Position numbers and translations under genes: made by a program. Source: a virus. Taken from it: a stretch of DNA of 64,000 bases. The DNA lies in the IMG/VR virus record IMGVR_UViG_3300025872_000037, positions 1 to 64,000 of that record; one strand, 5' to 3'. The notes under the pieces are model-generated. The model saw only the letters and a list, made by a program, of their open reading frames with translations, was not told the origin of the DNA and did no database searches. This document shows positions 29,058 to 37,613 of this stretch, in pieces; within the stretch, counting starts at the first letter, position 1; every line of letters begins with the position of its first letter.

Positions 29058-31640
29058 ATGACGTTCTACACAAATGTCCTTTCGAAGGACGGTAAGATCC
29101 TGTACCGAGGTTACGAGGACGGATCTCGAGTCAAAAAGAAGATCAATTTTCAGCCCACCCTTTTCAAGGAGGCGGCCAAGCAGTTTGAGGATAGCACCTG
29201 GGTTTCTCTGGATGGAAAGAAGCTACGCGAGGTGCAGTACGCCTCGATCAAGGAAGCATATCAGGACAAGAAGATGTGCGAGGATCTCAAGATCCCACTC
29301 TGGGGCAACACGAGATTCGTTTCTCAGTTCATCCAAAAACAGTTTCCTGGAAACATTCTCTTTCAGCGTGATCTGATCCAGGTGGTCAGCATAGACATCG
29401 AGACTCGTTCCGACAACGGGTTTCCGAACGTTGAGACCGGTGACCAAGAGATCTTGTCCATCGCCCTGAAGAACAACAAAGAGGATTGCTTCCATCTGTG
29501 GTGCATGAAAGCCTATGATGAGACCAATTCCTCTGTCAAGGCGAAGGTCGAGGTTCACCAATTCGTAAACGAGAAGGCCATGTTGATGGACTTCCTCAAA
29601 TGGTGGTTCAACCCGAAGAATACTCCAGACATTGTGACTGGCTGGAACAGCCGTCTCTTTGACGTGGCGTATCTGTATGCTCGTATCCGCGGCGTCCTAG
29701 GTGAAGAGCTCGCACTCCATCTTTCACCCTGGAAGATGTGCGAGGAAGAAAAGATCTCGTTCAAGGGGCGATCCCGTGAAGCGACCTTCATCGATCTCCT
29801 GGGTATTTCACAGCTAGACTATCTGGATCTCTTCAAGAAGTTCACGACTCACACCTACGGAAACCAAGAGTCCTACAAGCTGTCTCACATCGCCAAGGTG
29901 GTTCTGGGTGACGACAAGATCCAGTATGATGGCACGCTTCAGGAGCTTTACGATAACGATCCTCAGACCTTCTTCAATTACAACTTGAAGGACGTTGAGC
30001 TGATTGAACGCTTCGAGGACAAGCTCGGCCTGATCACTCTGGCACTCACCATAGCGTACATCGGTGGTGTCAATTACATCGACACTCTCGGCACGACCGC
30101 AATATGGGACTCGATCATCTACCGAGACCTGTGCAAGAGGAACGTGACCATACCTGCATTCATTGAGGAGAGAAAGCGGGTCCCGTACCCGGGCGGATAC
30201 GTGAAGGACGTGGCCGTGGGCAAGCACAATTGGGTTTGCTCGTTCGACGTGAACTCGATGTACCCGAATCTGTTCGTACAGTACAACATGTCTCCCGAGA
30301 CCATCATCGGTGGACAGGGTGACATTACGCCTGGCATCGATCCGGACATGTTGCTGTCAGACAGACCATTCACTCCGGTCCATAACAACATCATGGCAGC
30401 AAATGGTGTTCACTTCAGGTCAGACGTTCAAGGAGTGATTCCTCGGTTGGTCGACGAGATCTACAATCAGCGTGTCAGCCTGAAGCAGGCCATGCTGGCC
30501 GAAAAGAAGAAGCTTGAGACACTTCCGAAGTCCGACAAGGAAGCTCGTCGCCAGTGTGAGCGCGAGATCTCTCGACTGGAGAATCACCAAATCGCCGTCA
30601 AGATCCTTCTGAACAGTCTCTACGGTGCGTGCGGCAACATCTACTTCAGGTACTTTGATCTGCGGGTGGCCGAGGGAATCACTCTCACTGGTCAGACAGC
30701 CATTCGAGCGGCGGAGAAGGCCGTCAATGCCTTCATGAACAAAACTCTGAAGACCGAGGGTAAGGACTACGTGATCGCGATCGATACCGATTCTTTGTAC
30801 GTCTCAATGGACAAACTCGTACAGAAGTTTGATCCGAAGAATCCTTGCAAGTTCCTCGATGAGTTCTGCAAGAAGGCAGTCGAACCGGTTCTGGAGGAAG
30901 CAATGCAGAATCTGGCCACAAAGACGTTCTGCCCGAAGAATCGTATGGTGATGAAGCGAGAGGCCATTGCTGATCGTGCCATCTGGACGGCCAAGAAGCA
31001 TTACATCCTGAACGTCCTGAACAACGAAGGCGTCCAGTATGCCGAGCCGAAGATCAAGATGATGGGAATCGAGGCGGTCAAGTCTTCGACTCCCGAGATC
31101 TGCCGTGATGAGATGGGCAACATGTTCAAGCTCATCATGAGCGGAACTGAGGAAGACGTAAAGAAGGCCCTGTCAGAGTTTCGATCGAAGTTCATGGCTA
31201 TGCCTGTTGATGAGATCTCTTTCCCTCGTGGTATCAGTGACATCGAGAAGTGGATGCCACGAAACAAGAAGCAGATCGATGAGCCGAGTCTCTTCGACGA
31301 ACAAGTGATCTCAAATCGAATCTACGAGAAGGGAACTCCGATCCATGTCCGAGGCGCTCTTCTTTACAATAATCTGGTCAGAAAGAATCGTCTCACCAAG
31401 AAGTACCCACTCATCCGAGAGGGTGACAAGATCAAGTTTGTCTACCTGGCAGAACCGAATCCGATTCACGAGAACGTCATCTCTTTCCCCGAATCTCTTC
31501 CGAAGGAGTTCAAGCTAGACAATTTTGTGGACCGCGAGGTCCAGTTCGAGAAAACGTTTCTTGATCCCCTCGATCCAATCTTTAAGGCGATTCGAATGAA
31601 TCCTACCAAGGAAGTGACTCTCGAACAATTCTTCACTTGA
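29058..31640 (+). CDS. gp43: Family B DNA polymerase gp43
   Basis: ExoI DIET, region II SFDVNSMYP, KILLNSLYG, DTDS and C-terminal clamp-binding TLEQFF. Promoter GTTTAC(29022)-N17-TAGGGT directly upstream. Confidence 0.98.
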   Translation: MTFYTNVLSKDGKILYRGYEDGSRVKKKINFQPTLFKEAAKQFEDSTWVSLDGKKLREVQYASIKEAYQDKKMCEDLKIPLWGNTRFVSQFIQKQFPGNILFQRDLIQVVSIDIETRSDNGFPNVETGDQEILSIALKNNKEDCFHLWCMKAYDETNSSVKAKVEVHQFVNEKAMLMDFLKWWFNPKNTPDIVTGWNSRLFDVAYLYARIRGVLGEELALHLSPWKMCEEEKISFKGRSREATFIDLLGISQLDYLDLFKKFTTHTYGNQESYKLSHIAKVVLGDDKIQYDGTLQELYDNDPQTFFNYNLKDVELIERFEDKLGLITLALTIAYIGGVNYIDTLGTTAIWDSIIYRDLCKRNVTIPAFIEERKRVPYPGGYVKDVAVGKHNWVCSFDVNSMYPNLFVQYNMSPETIIGGQGDITPGIDPDMLLSDRPFTPVHNNIMAANGVHFRSDVQGVIPRLVDEIYNQRVSLKQAMLAEKKKLETLPKSDKEARRQCEREISRLENHQIAVKILLNSLYGACGNIYFRYFDLRVAEGITLTGQTAIRAAEKAVNAFMNKTLKTEGKDYVIAIDTDSLYVSMDKLVQKFDPKNPCKFLDEFCKKAVEPVLEEAMQNLATKTFCPKNRMVMKREAIADRAIWTAKKHYILNVLNNEGVQYAEPKIKMMGIEAVKSSTPEICRDEMGNMFKLIMSGTEEDVKKALSEFRSKFMAMPVDEISFPRGISDIEKWMPRNKKQIDEPSLFDEQVISNRIYEKGTPIHVRGALLYNNLVRKNRLTKKYPLIREGDKIKFVYLAEPNPIHENVISFPESLPKEFKLDNFVDREVQFEKTFLDPLDPIFKAIRMNPTKEVTLEQFFT

Positions 31641-31678
31641 TAATTTACTTTGTCCGTTAACCATCATATCATACCAAC

Positions 31679-32035
31679 ATGCCAAATCATAATTCATCAT
31701 TCACGTTCAGTTATACTACCGAGGGTTACCAAGGTATCAACTATTCATCTCCTCCTCGCACAATTACATTTGATGTCGAGCGCGCAGAGGATCTTACACA
31801 CGCAGAATTATGCGAATGTTTCCAGGACTTTCTGAAGGCCTGCGGCTATATGTTAGACAACGGCACGATTGAGTTCGTTCCGTTCTCAGATGAGCCAGAT
31901 ATCCGTGAGGAAGATTACAACTACGAGCCGGCCCAACCTGAAGTTCAGGAAGATCCAAACCAGCAAAAGTTTGATTTCGCCAATAACGAAAACGTAGACA
32001 CCACTGGTTACGACCCAACACGCGGCGCCGTATGA
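31679..32035 (+). CDS. Hypothetical protein
   Basis: EL.E.F.DFLKACGY motif common in phage hypotheticals; own early promoter at 31643-72. Confidence 0.6.
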   Translation: MPNHNSSFTFSYTTEGYQGINYSSPPRTITFDVERAEDLTHAELCECFQDFLKACGYMLDNGTIEFVPFSDEPDIREEDYNYEPAQPEVQEDPNQQKFDFANNENVDTTGYDPTRGAV

Positions 32036-32430
32036 GCAACGACTGGGTACAAGATATCGCTGATATGCACCGCAAGTTCGGTGTCAATGATGCAGTACGC
32101 AAGATGGATGCTGATAAGCTAAAAGCATTTTTGGAGTTTCGCATTCGTTTCCTACAAGAAGAACTTGACGAGATGCGAAACGCCGACGATCCTGAAGAAG
32201 TAACGGACGCGCTGATTGATCTATGCGTTGTTGCCATCGGAACAATGGATGCTTTGGATATCAACGCTCATATTGCTTGGGATGAGGTGCATCGTGCAAA
32301 TATGTCTAAGCAAGTTGGCATCAAGGATTCACGTCCGAACCCGCTTGGCTTGCCAGACTTAATTAAGCCAAAAGGTTGGATTGCTCCATTTCATACTGGT
32401 AATATCGGTTTGCTTGAAAAGCTTAAGTGA
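32032..32430 (+). CDS. MazG-like all-alpha NTP pyrophosphatase (possible dCTPase/dUTPase)
   Basis: LQEELDE...EEVTDALID, WDEVHRANMSK and DLIKPKGW. Confidence 0.85.
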   Translation: MSNDWVQDIADMHRKFGVNDAVRKMDADKLKAFLEFRIRFLQEELDEMRNADDPEEVTDALIDLCVVAIGTMDALDINAHIAWDEVHRANMSKQVGIKDSRPNPLGLPDLIKPKGWIAPFHTGNIGLLEKLK

Positions 32431-33377
32431 AGCACTCACTGACAGTTTTCGATTCGATCTTCGACAACAAGACATCCAAGCGGATGGATTTTGCCGAGTG
32501 GACCGATCTCGAGAAAGTACTTTATCGCCTGAGCAAAATGCCAGGTTATAAGGCAAAAAGGGGAGAGATGAAAAAATCATCCTCACTCATCTCTCCCGCA
32601 ATCTATCAGCCCAACTCGACCCGAGCCAACGCGAACGTCATCGCATGGGCGGGTTGGGCTGCTCTGGATGTTGACTCCTACGAGGGTGATATGCAGACTG
32701 GCCTGGCTCAGTACCAGGACTATCATTTCGTCTGTTACTCGACTGCGTCCTCAACTATAGAGAAGCCGAAGTTCCGTCTCGTCTTTCCTCTGGTTCGTCA
32801 TGTTCCGGCTGAAAGCATACGTCACTTCTGGTATGCGCTGAACAAGCAGTTTAATTCCATCGGAGACGAACAGGCAAAGGATCTGAGTCGTATGTACTAC
32901 GTTCCTGCTCAGTATCCTGGTGCCAACAACTTCATCTTCACGAACTCTGGTAAGTGGATCGATCCTGACCAGCTCATGGCTCGGCACACCTATCTGCAGA
33001 AGACGAACGGCAGCATCCTCGATGGAATCCCTCAGGCCATGAGGGATGCACTGATGGAGGCCAGGAAGGAAAGGATGACGAATCGAGACGTTCGTTGGAC
33101 GTCCTATCGTGATTGCCCATTCGTCAACAAGAAGCTCATCGGAGAGTACCGGAACATCTCTGGGATCGACGGTTCTGGTCGGTACCGTATGATCTACAAG
33201 ATCATGACCAGCATCGCGTGTAATGCGGTCAAACGGAAGTACCCGATATCCCCAGAGGAGATCTCGAGCATGGTTCGTCAGCTAGACGAAGAGACCTCGA
33301 GGATCTACCAACGGCGGCCTCTGCATGTGGAAGCCGAGCGTGCAATCGAGTACGCCTATGCCCATGCAGATCAATAA
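32427..33377 (+). CDS. Archaeo-eukaryotic primase (PrimPol)-like protein with helical C-terminal domain
   Basis: R...NV, ALDVD (motif I), YSTASS..KPKFRLVFPL (motif II region) and KDLSRMYYVP (motif III). Confidence 0.65.
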   Translation: MKHSLTVFDSIFDNKTSKRMDFAEWTDLEKVLYRLSKMPGYKAKRGEMKKSSSLISPAIYQPNSTRANANVIAWAGWAALDVDSYEGDMQTGLAQYQDYHFVCYSTASSTIEKPKFRLVFPLVRHVPAESIRHFWYALNKQFNSIGDEQAKDLSRMYYVPAQYPGANNFIFTNSGKWIDPDQLMARHTYLQKTNGSILDGIPQAMRDALMEARKERMTNRDVRWTSYRDCPFVNKKLIGEYRNISGIDGSGRYRMIYKIMTSIACNAVKRKYPISPEEISSMVRQLDEETSRIYQRRPLHVEAERAIEYAYAHADQ

Positions 33378-33389
33378 GTTATGGTGCAT

Positions 33390-33456
33390 TGGTAATCAAC
33401 AACTTAGGTAATTCTTAGTTGTTTACCTTTGCAAGGAATTTGCTAGGATATTGGCA
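33390..33456 (+). repeat. Repeated early promoter element, copy 1 (IHF box + GTTTAC-N17-TAGGAT, leaderless ATG)
   Basis: TGGTAATCAACAACTTAGGTAATTCTTAGTTGTTTAC; nearly identical to 47281 and 47660. Confidence 0.85.
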
Positions 33457-33863
33457 TGATGATTAACCAACTCGACAAGCAGACCCTCAAGACGATTCGT
33501 GCCGAGCTCGACCTCGCCATGAAGAACATCGAGAACCGGTACGGCGTGGTCCTTCGGACCGGCACCTGCCGCTTCACGTCCGAAGCCGCCACGATGAAGA
33601 TCGAGATCGCCACCCGCGGTGCTGCTGGCGAGGTGGTCGACACCGAGCTTGCCAACCTTCGCCGGAATCTGGCGTACCTCGGCCTGCGCGACGAGAACGT
33701 CGGCCAGACCTTTACCTACGGTGGCAAGACCTACAAGCTGACCGGCTACAAGCCGAAGCGTTACGCGAAGCCGTATCGCCTGCAGTGCCTCAACGACGGC
33801 AAGACCTACGTTGCTCCGGCGGACATGGTTCGTCGTGGCCTCGGTCTAGCCGTCCAGCCCTGA
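33456..33863 (+). CDS. Early hypothetical protein
   Basis: 135-aa ORF with strongly biased codon usage, directly behind the repeated promoter. Confidence 0.75.
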   Translation: MMINQLDKQTLKTIRAELDLAMKNIENRYGVVLRTGTCRFTSEAATMKIEIATRGAAGEVVDTELANLRRNLAYLGLRDENVGQTFTYGGKTYKLTGYKPKRYAKPYRLQCLNDGKTYVAPADMVRRGLGLAVQP

Positions 33864-33865
33864 GT

Positions 33866-34459
33866 ATGCGAGTCAAGCTCACCCCTGAATCGGTCTCCTT
33901 TGCTATCGCAGAGGGGACCGAGATCTTTAAGAATTCTCGCAGCCTCAATTACCGAGACACGGAGCAGATAAAGATTAACAATTCCTTGCGAGGCGCATTC
34001 GGCCAACAAGCCTTCATTGAAGCGACGGGAGGCCGTCGCGTAACAGTTGAGGAGTGTCCAGCCTTTGCGTATGACGTGAAAGCCTCTAACGAGGCGATCC
34101 ACGCGTACTGTGGGTGGACTCTGCCGCTCGAGATGGACGCGGCGCGAGTTGAGGTAAAGACGAGCCGGATTGGCGGCCTCACGAAATGGATATCCTTCAA
34201 CGACCAAATGTTCAAGCACGTCACTAGGTGTGCAACCGCAGGGATGCTCGACTATGTGATCTTCTACGGAGTCCAGAACGAGGACCTGAAGAACTATGAG
34301 GCCGATGTTAGCCTTCTCGGAATTATTTCTGCCAAGGTTCTAACTCAGCAATTCACGGGCCCAGACAGGGAACGCCGACCATCGCTTCAAAACAAAGGAG
34401 ATTCGTTTCTTAATAAGAATAGCATCAACCGACAGAATCTCGGCCATATCTTTTTGTGA
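33866..34459 (+). CDS. PD-(D/E)XK nuclease-like protein
   Basis: Helix GAFGQQAF, then YDV...VEVKT; start at ATG 33866. Confidence 0.55.
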   Translation: MRVKLTPESVSFAIAEGTEIFKNSRSLNYRDTEQIKINNSLRGAFGQQAFIEATGGRRVTVEECPAFAYDVKASNEAIHAYCGWTLPLEMDAARVEVKTSRIGGLTKWISFNDQMFKHVTRCATAGMLDYVIFYGVQNEDLKNYEADVSLLGIISAKVLTQQFTGPDRERRPSLQNKGDSFLNKNSINRQNLGHIFL

Positions 34460-34496
34460 TTTACAACCGCAACCATCTGTTTAGGATCTGACACCT

Positions 34497-35000
34497 ATGA
34501 AGGAATCAATTAAAATCTTGCACGAGTGTGCTGAACTGCAGCTCAAGAAGTCCAATGACTACCAGAATCCAAATTCCACGATCCGCCAAGCGGACTACTA
34601 TCCTCGCGGATTCGCTTCTATCCTGGACATCATCCATACCAAGGTCCTCCGCATGCGCTCGGTCCTCGAGGCCATGGAGAATGACCCAAACTACAATCCC
34701 AACTTTGAGTCGCTTGAAGATTCAGCCAAAGACCTGATCAACTACGCCTCATTCGCCGCTGCGTTCATTCGTGGTGGTATCGATGGCCAGGATCCGAAGC
34801 GTGACTTCTTGAATCGCCCTCGGAAGACTACGACTGGCACCATTAAGATAACTAGCTACGGGCCGCCAAGCGGCCAGCCATTCAATCCTCCTCCGGCAGG
34901 TAGTGTCTACCTGGACTGTAATACACCAGCCCAAGGAAACCTGACCGTCACCGGCACAGAAAACTCTCAGACAAAGTATTTCACCAATGCTAACAGTTAA
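34497..35000 (+). CDS. Nucleotide-modification-associated domain 1 (Nmad1/DUF1599-like)
   Basis: KKSNDY...K..R.....ES.EDS..DLINY pattern. Confidence 0.75.
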   Translation: MKESIKILHECAELQLKKSNDYQNPNSTIRQADYYPRGFASILDIIHTKVLRMRSVLEAMENDPNYNPNFESLEDSAKDLINYASFAAAFIRGGIDGQDPKRDFLNRPRKTTTGTIKITSYGPPSGQPFNPPPAGSVYLDCNTPAQGNLTVTGTENSQTKYFTNANS

Positions 35001-35652
35001 AGACATCCGCCAACACTTCAAGGATGCTCTGACCCGTGAGGACTTCGTCATCGACAAGTCCGGTGTCAAGACCATCGAGATGGTCGGCGCCTCATTCCTG
35101 GCGAACGAGGATGCCATTTTCGGTGACGTCAATTGGGACTATGTCCGCCGTGAGATCCAGTGGTATGACAGCATGTCAAAGAAGGTCGCGGACATTCCTG
35201 GAGGTGCACCTAAAGTTTGGCAGGCTGTAGCCTCCAGCAAAGGAGAGATCAACTCCAACTATGGTTGGTGCATCTATTCCTCGGACAATCATAAGCAATA
35301 CTGGTCGGTGATGCTCGAGCTGCTGGCGAATCCAAACAGCCGCAGAGCCGTCATGATCTACACGCGTCCTACGATGCATTCTGATTATTGCCGAGATAAC
35401 ATGTCTGACTTCATGTGCACCAATGCGGTTCAGTACATGATTCGCAACAATGACCTTCATGCCGTGGTTCAGATGCGGTCCAATGATGTCGTCTTTGGTT
35501 ACAAGAACGACCGAGCCTGGCAACACGAAGTGATGGGTCGTCTTCTCGATGATCTGAACTCGAAGGGCGATAACCGCTATGGAATGGGAACTCTGACCTG
35601 GCAGGTCGGATCACTCCACGTCTACGAGCGCCACTTCAACCTCATTCAATGA
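34987..35652 (+). CDS. gp42: dCMP hydroxymethylase (T4 gp42 homologue)
   Basis: Colinear with recalled T4 gp42: DKSGVKTIE, REIQWY, VASSKGEINSNYGW, SRRA.MIYTRP, DFMCTN (catalytic Cys), MRSNDVVFGYKND (Asp179 equivalent) and GSLHVY. Confidence 0.92.
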   Translation: MLTVKDIRQHFKDALTREDFVIDKSGVKTIEMVGASFLANEDAIFGDVNWDYVRREIQWYDSMSKKVADIPGGAPKVWQAVASSKGEINSNYGWCIYSSDNHKQYWSVMLELLANPNSRRAVMIYTRPTMHSDYCRDNMSDFMCTNAVQYMIRNNDLHAVVQMRSNDVVFGYKNDRAWQHEVMGRLLDDLNSKGDNRYGMGTLTWQVGSLHVYERHFNLIQ

Positions 35653-36293
35653 ACTGTAACAAGTGGGACAACCGCTACCTGAGCCTGGCCAGAGAGGTCG
35701 GTTCGTGGTCCAAAGATCCTTCTCGCAAGATCGGAGCAGTGGCAATCGGAACCTGGGGCCAGGTTCTGTCACAGGGTTACAACGGTTTCCCACGCGGCAT
35801 TGAAGATACCGAGGACCGCCTGAACGATCGCCCGACAAAATACCGGTACGTCGTTCATGCGGAGATGAATGCCATCTACAACGCCAGTTTTAGCGGTGCG
35901 ATGTTGGCCGGTGCAACCATGTACGTGCACGGGCTTCCTATCTGTTCAGAGTGCGCGAAGGGAATCATACAGGTAGGAATCGGCCGCGTGGTCATACCGA
36001 GGCAGGAAGTACCAGATAACTGGAAAGAATCCTGTGAGTTCACCCGAACACTTTTTCATGAAGCAAAAATTCAGCTCGACGAAGTCGATTTCACCGAGAC
36101 TCATAGTTGTCGGAATGAACCCAGCGAAAACCCGTGGGAACCGGTCAAGATCTCCATCACTCCGGAGACTGGACGTATGGATGGATCGCCTGAAGATCCA
36201 GAGGTACTCGTTCATCAACAGCTCGCAGGCGCAAAAACCAAGGCTGTCAAATCTAGACCTGAATACTTTGGCCTTGACAAAAGGCTACGATAA
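35649..36293 (+). CDS. cd: dCMP deaminase (with about 65-aa C-terminal extension overlapping the next gene)
   Basis: SKDP..KIGAV, GYNGFPRG, HAEMNAI and PICSECAK. Confidence 0.9.
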   Translation: MNCNKWDNRYLSLAREVGSWSKDPSRKIGAVAIGTWGQVLSQGYNGFPRGIEDTEDRLNDRPTKYRYVVHAEMNAIYNASFSGAMLAGATMYVHGLPICSECAKGIIQVGIGRVVIPRQEVPDNWKESCEFTRTLFHEAKIQLDEVDFTETHSCRNEPSENPWEPVKISITPETGRMDGSPEDPEVLVHQQLAGAKTKAVKSRPEYFGLDKRLR

Positions 36294-36450
36294 GGTCATT
36301 GCCCTTGGCGGGTTTGCCTCGCGAGCGCTGGATCGGATATCGGTCCAGCATTTTACTTTACCTCACCCGAGTCCTCTGAATCGAAAACTCAACGATCCAA
36401 AGTTTGAGGCCGCGGCGCTTGAAAAATGCTATAACTACCTGTACGCATGA
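36058..36450 (+). CDS. Minimal uracil-DNA-glycosylase-superfamily protein (SMUG/MUG-like motifs)
   Basis: Motif A VVGMNPA, VIALG..A and motif B PHPSPLN. Confidence 0.75.
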   Translation: MKQKFSSTKSISPRLIVVGMNPAKTRGNRSRSPSLRRLDVWMDRLKIQRYSFINSSQAQKPRLSNLDLNTLALTKGYDKVIALGGFASRALDRISVQHFTLPHPSPLNRKLNDPKFEAAALEKCYNYLYA

Positions 36451-37613
36451 AAATTGAAATGACCCCTTACTACGACGAGTTCCTTCGCTACTTTAATCTG
36501 GCAAAGGATCAGCAGGCCAAGTGTAACCTTGGCATTATTCCTTACAAGGAATCTGAAATGGGAGATGCTCTTCTCGAGAACGTCGAACTGTACGATGTGG
36601 TGGAACGTAAGTACGCCGGTTTCTCTCAGATCGTCAATGACGTATTCTATGGATGGGCAGAGGAACATCCATACTGGCACAAGATGAAAGATGGCCACCA
36701 TAGCAAGCAGCGGAAAATCGTGGCCACGAACTGGACCGGTAAACAGAAGGTCTTCGGTCTAGAGGAATGGCTGTACGTCTTCCTGTTGCACCGAGTCTGC
36801 GGATCAGGAATCAATTACTCTCACAAACCATCAGGTTACCACAATACCCTACTCTTCGAACTTCACAAGTGCAATACGATCGAAGAAATGGTGGAGATGG
36901 TAAAGACGTATCCAAAGTCATTCTACACCTCGGTGGGATATCAGTTCCCGGCATTTCCAAAACCACATGCCGGGTCGGGGTACAAGCGAGGCGGTGATTA
37001 TTACTTGGCCGAATTTGCTCCGAGGTTGGTCAGGGACTTCGCAAAATTTTTGCAGGAAGCTCCTTCCCAGAAGGATCTGAGAGTATTGGGAGAATGGCTA
37101 TTTGCCTGGAACAAGAAGAATGGTCTGCGGGCCTACCGCTTCCAGTATGCCGCCTTCATTGCCGATGTCGCGGACTGGTTCCCTCAGTTCGTCAATCGGA
37201 CCAGCCATTTCTACTACGGTTCGAATGCCGTCGAGTGCATCTCGTACCTGGCAAAGCCGATGGGGCGACTGAAGGAGGAACAATTCTTGGATGCCGTGAT
37301 GGACAGAATCTATCTGGACACTGGATCGGTTCCCTACAATGCCGAAGACGTGTGCTGTGACTTCATCCGCTGGGTTGAGAATTATGTTCGTCCTGGAGCA
37401 GACTATGGCCACCTGGATCGAGACAAATTGTGGTCTTCTCACCGAATCACCGATCACCCGTACGGGCGCCAGAAGCCAATGCTTGAACTTGGTCTCATCA
37501 AATCTTTCAACGATTTGGATGTACACCCGTCCGACGACTATATACTGTCTAGGGCTGCAATGACTGTTACGGAATACAAGAACAAAGTGAAGGAACTTTA
37601 TGGCGCACGATAA
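36447..37613 (+). CDS. Putative amino-acid:DNA transferase (aGPT-Pplase-like, HhH-glycosylase fold)
   Basis: YDVVER (cf. FxNVxR), LLHR, FQYAAFIAD, YGSNA..C and AEDVCCDFIRW (cf. ExxxCExxK); context next to a PLP enzyme. Confidence 0.6.
   Translation: MKIEMTPYYDEFLRYFNLAKDQQAKCNLGIIPYKESEMGDALLENVELYDVVERKYAGFSQIVNDVFYGWAEEHPYWHKMKDGHHSKQRKIVATNWTGKQKVFGLEEWLYVFLLHRVCGSGINYSHKPSGYHNTLLFELHKCNTIEEMVEMVKTYPKSFYTSVGYQFPAFPKPHAGSGYKRGGDYYLAEFAPRLVRDFAKFLQEAPSQKDLRVLGEWLFAWNKKNGLRAYRFQYAAFIADVADWFPQFVNRTSHFYYGSNAVECISYLAKPMGRLKEEQFLDAVMDRIYLDTGSVPYNAEDVCCDFIRWVENYVRPGADYGHLDRDKLWSSHRITDHPYGRQKPMLELGLIKSFNDLDVHPSDDYILSRAAMTVTEYKNKVKELYGAR

Noticed and set aside
34987-35652. Annotation as ordinary thymidylate synthase ThyA
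   Set aside because: The sequence follows T4 gp42, including the Asp specificity residue, and ThyX is present at 46014.
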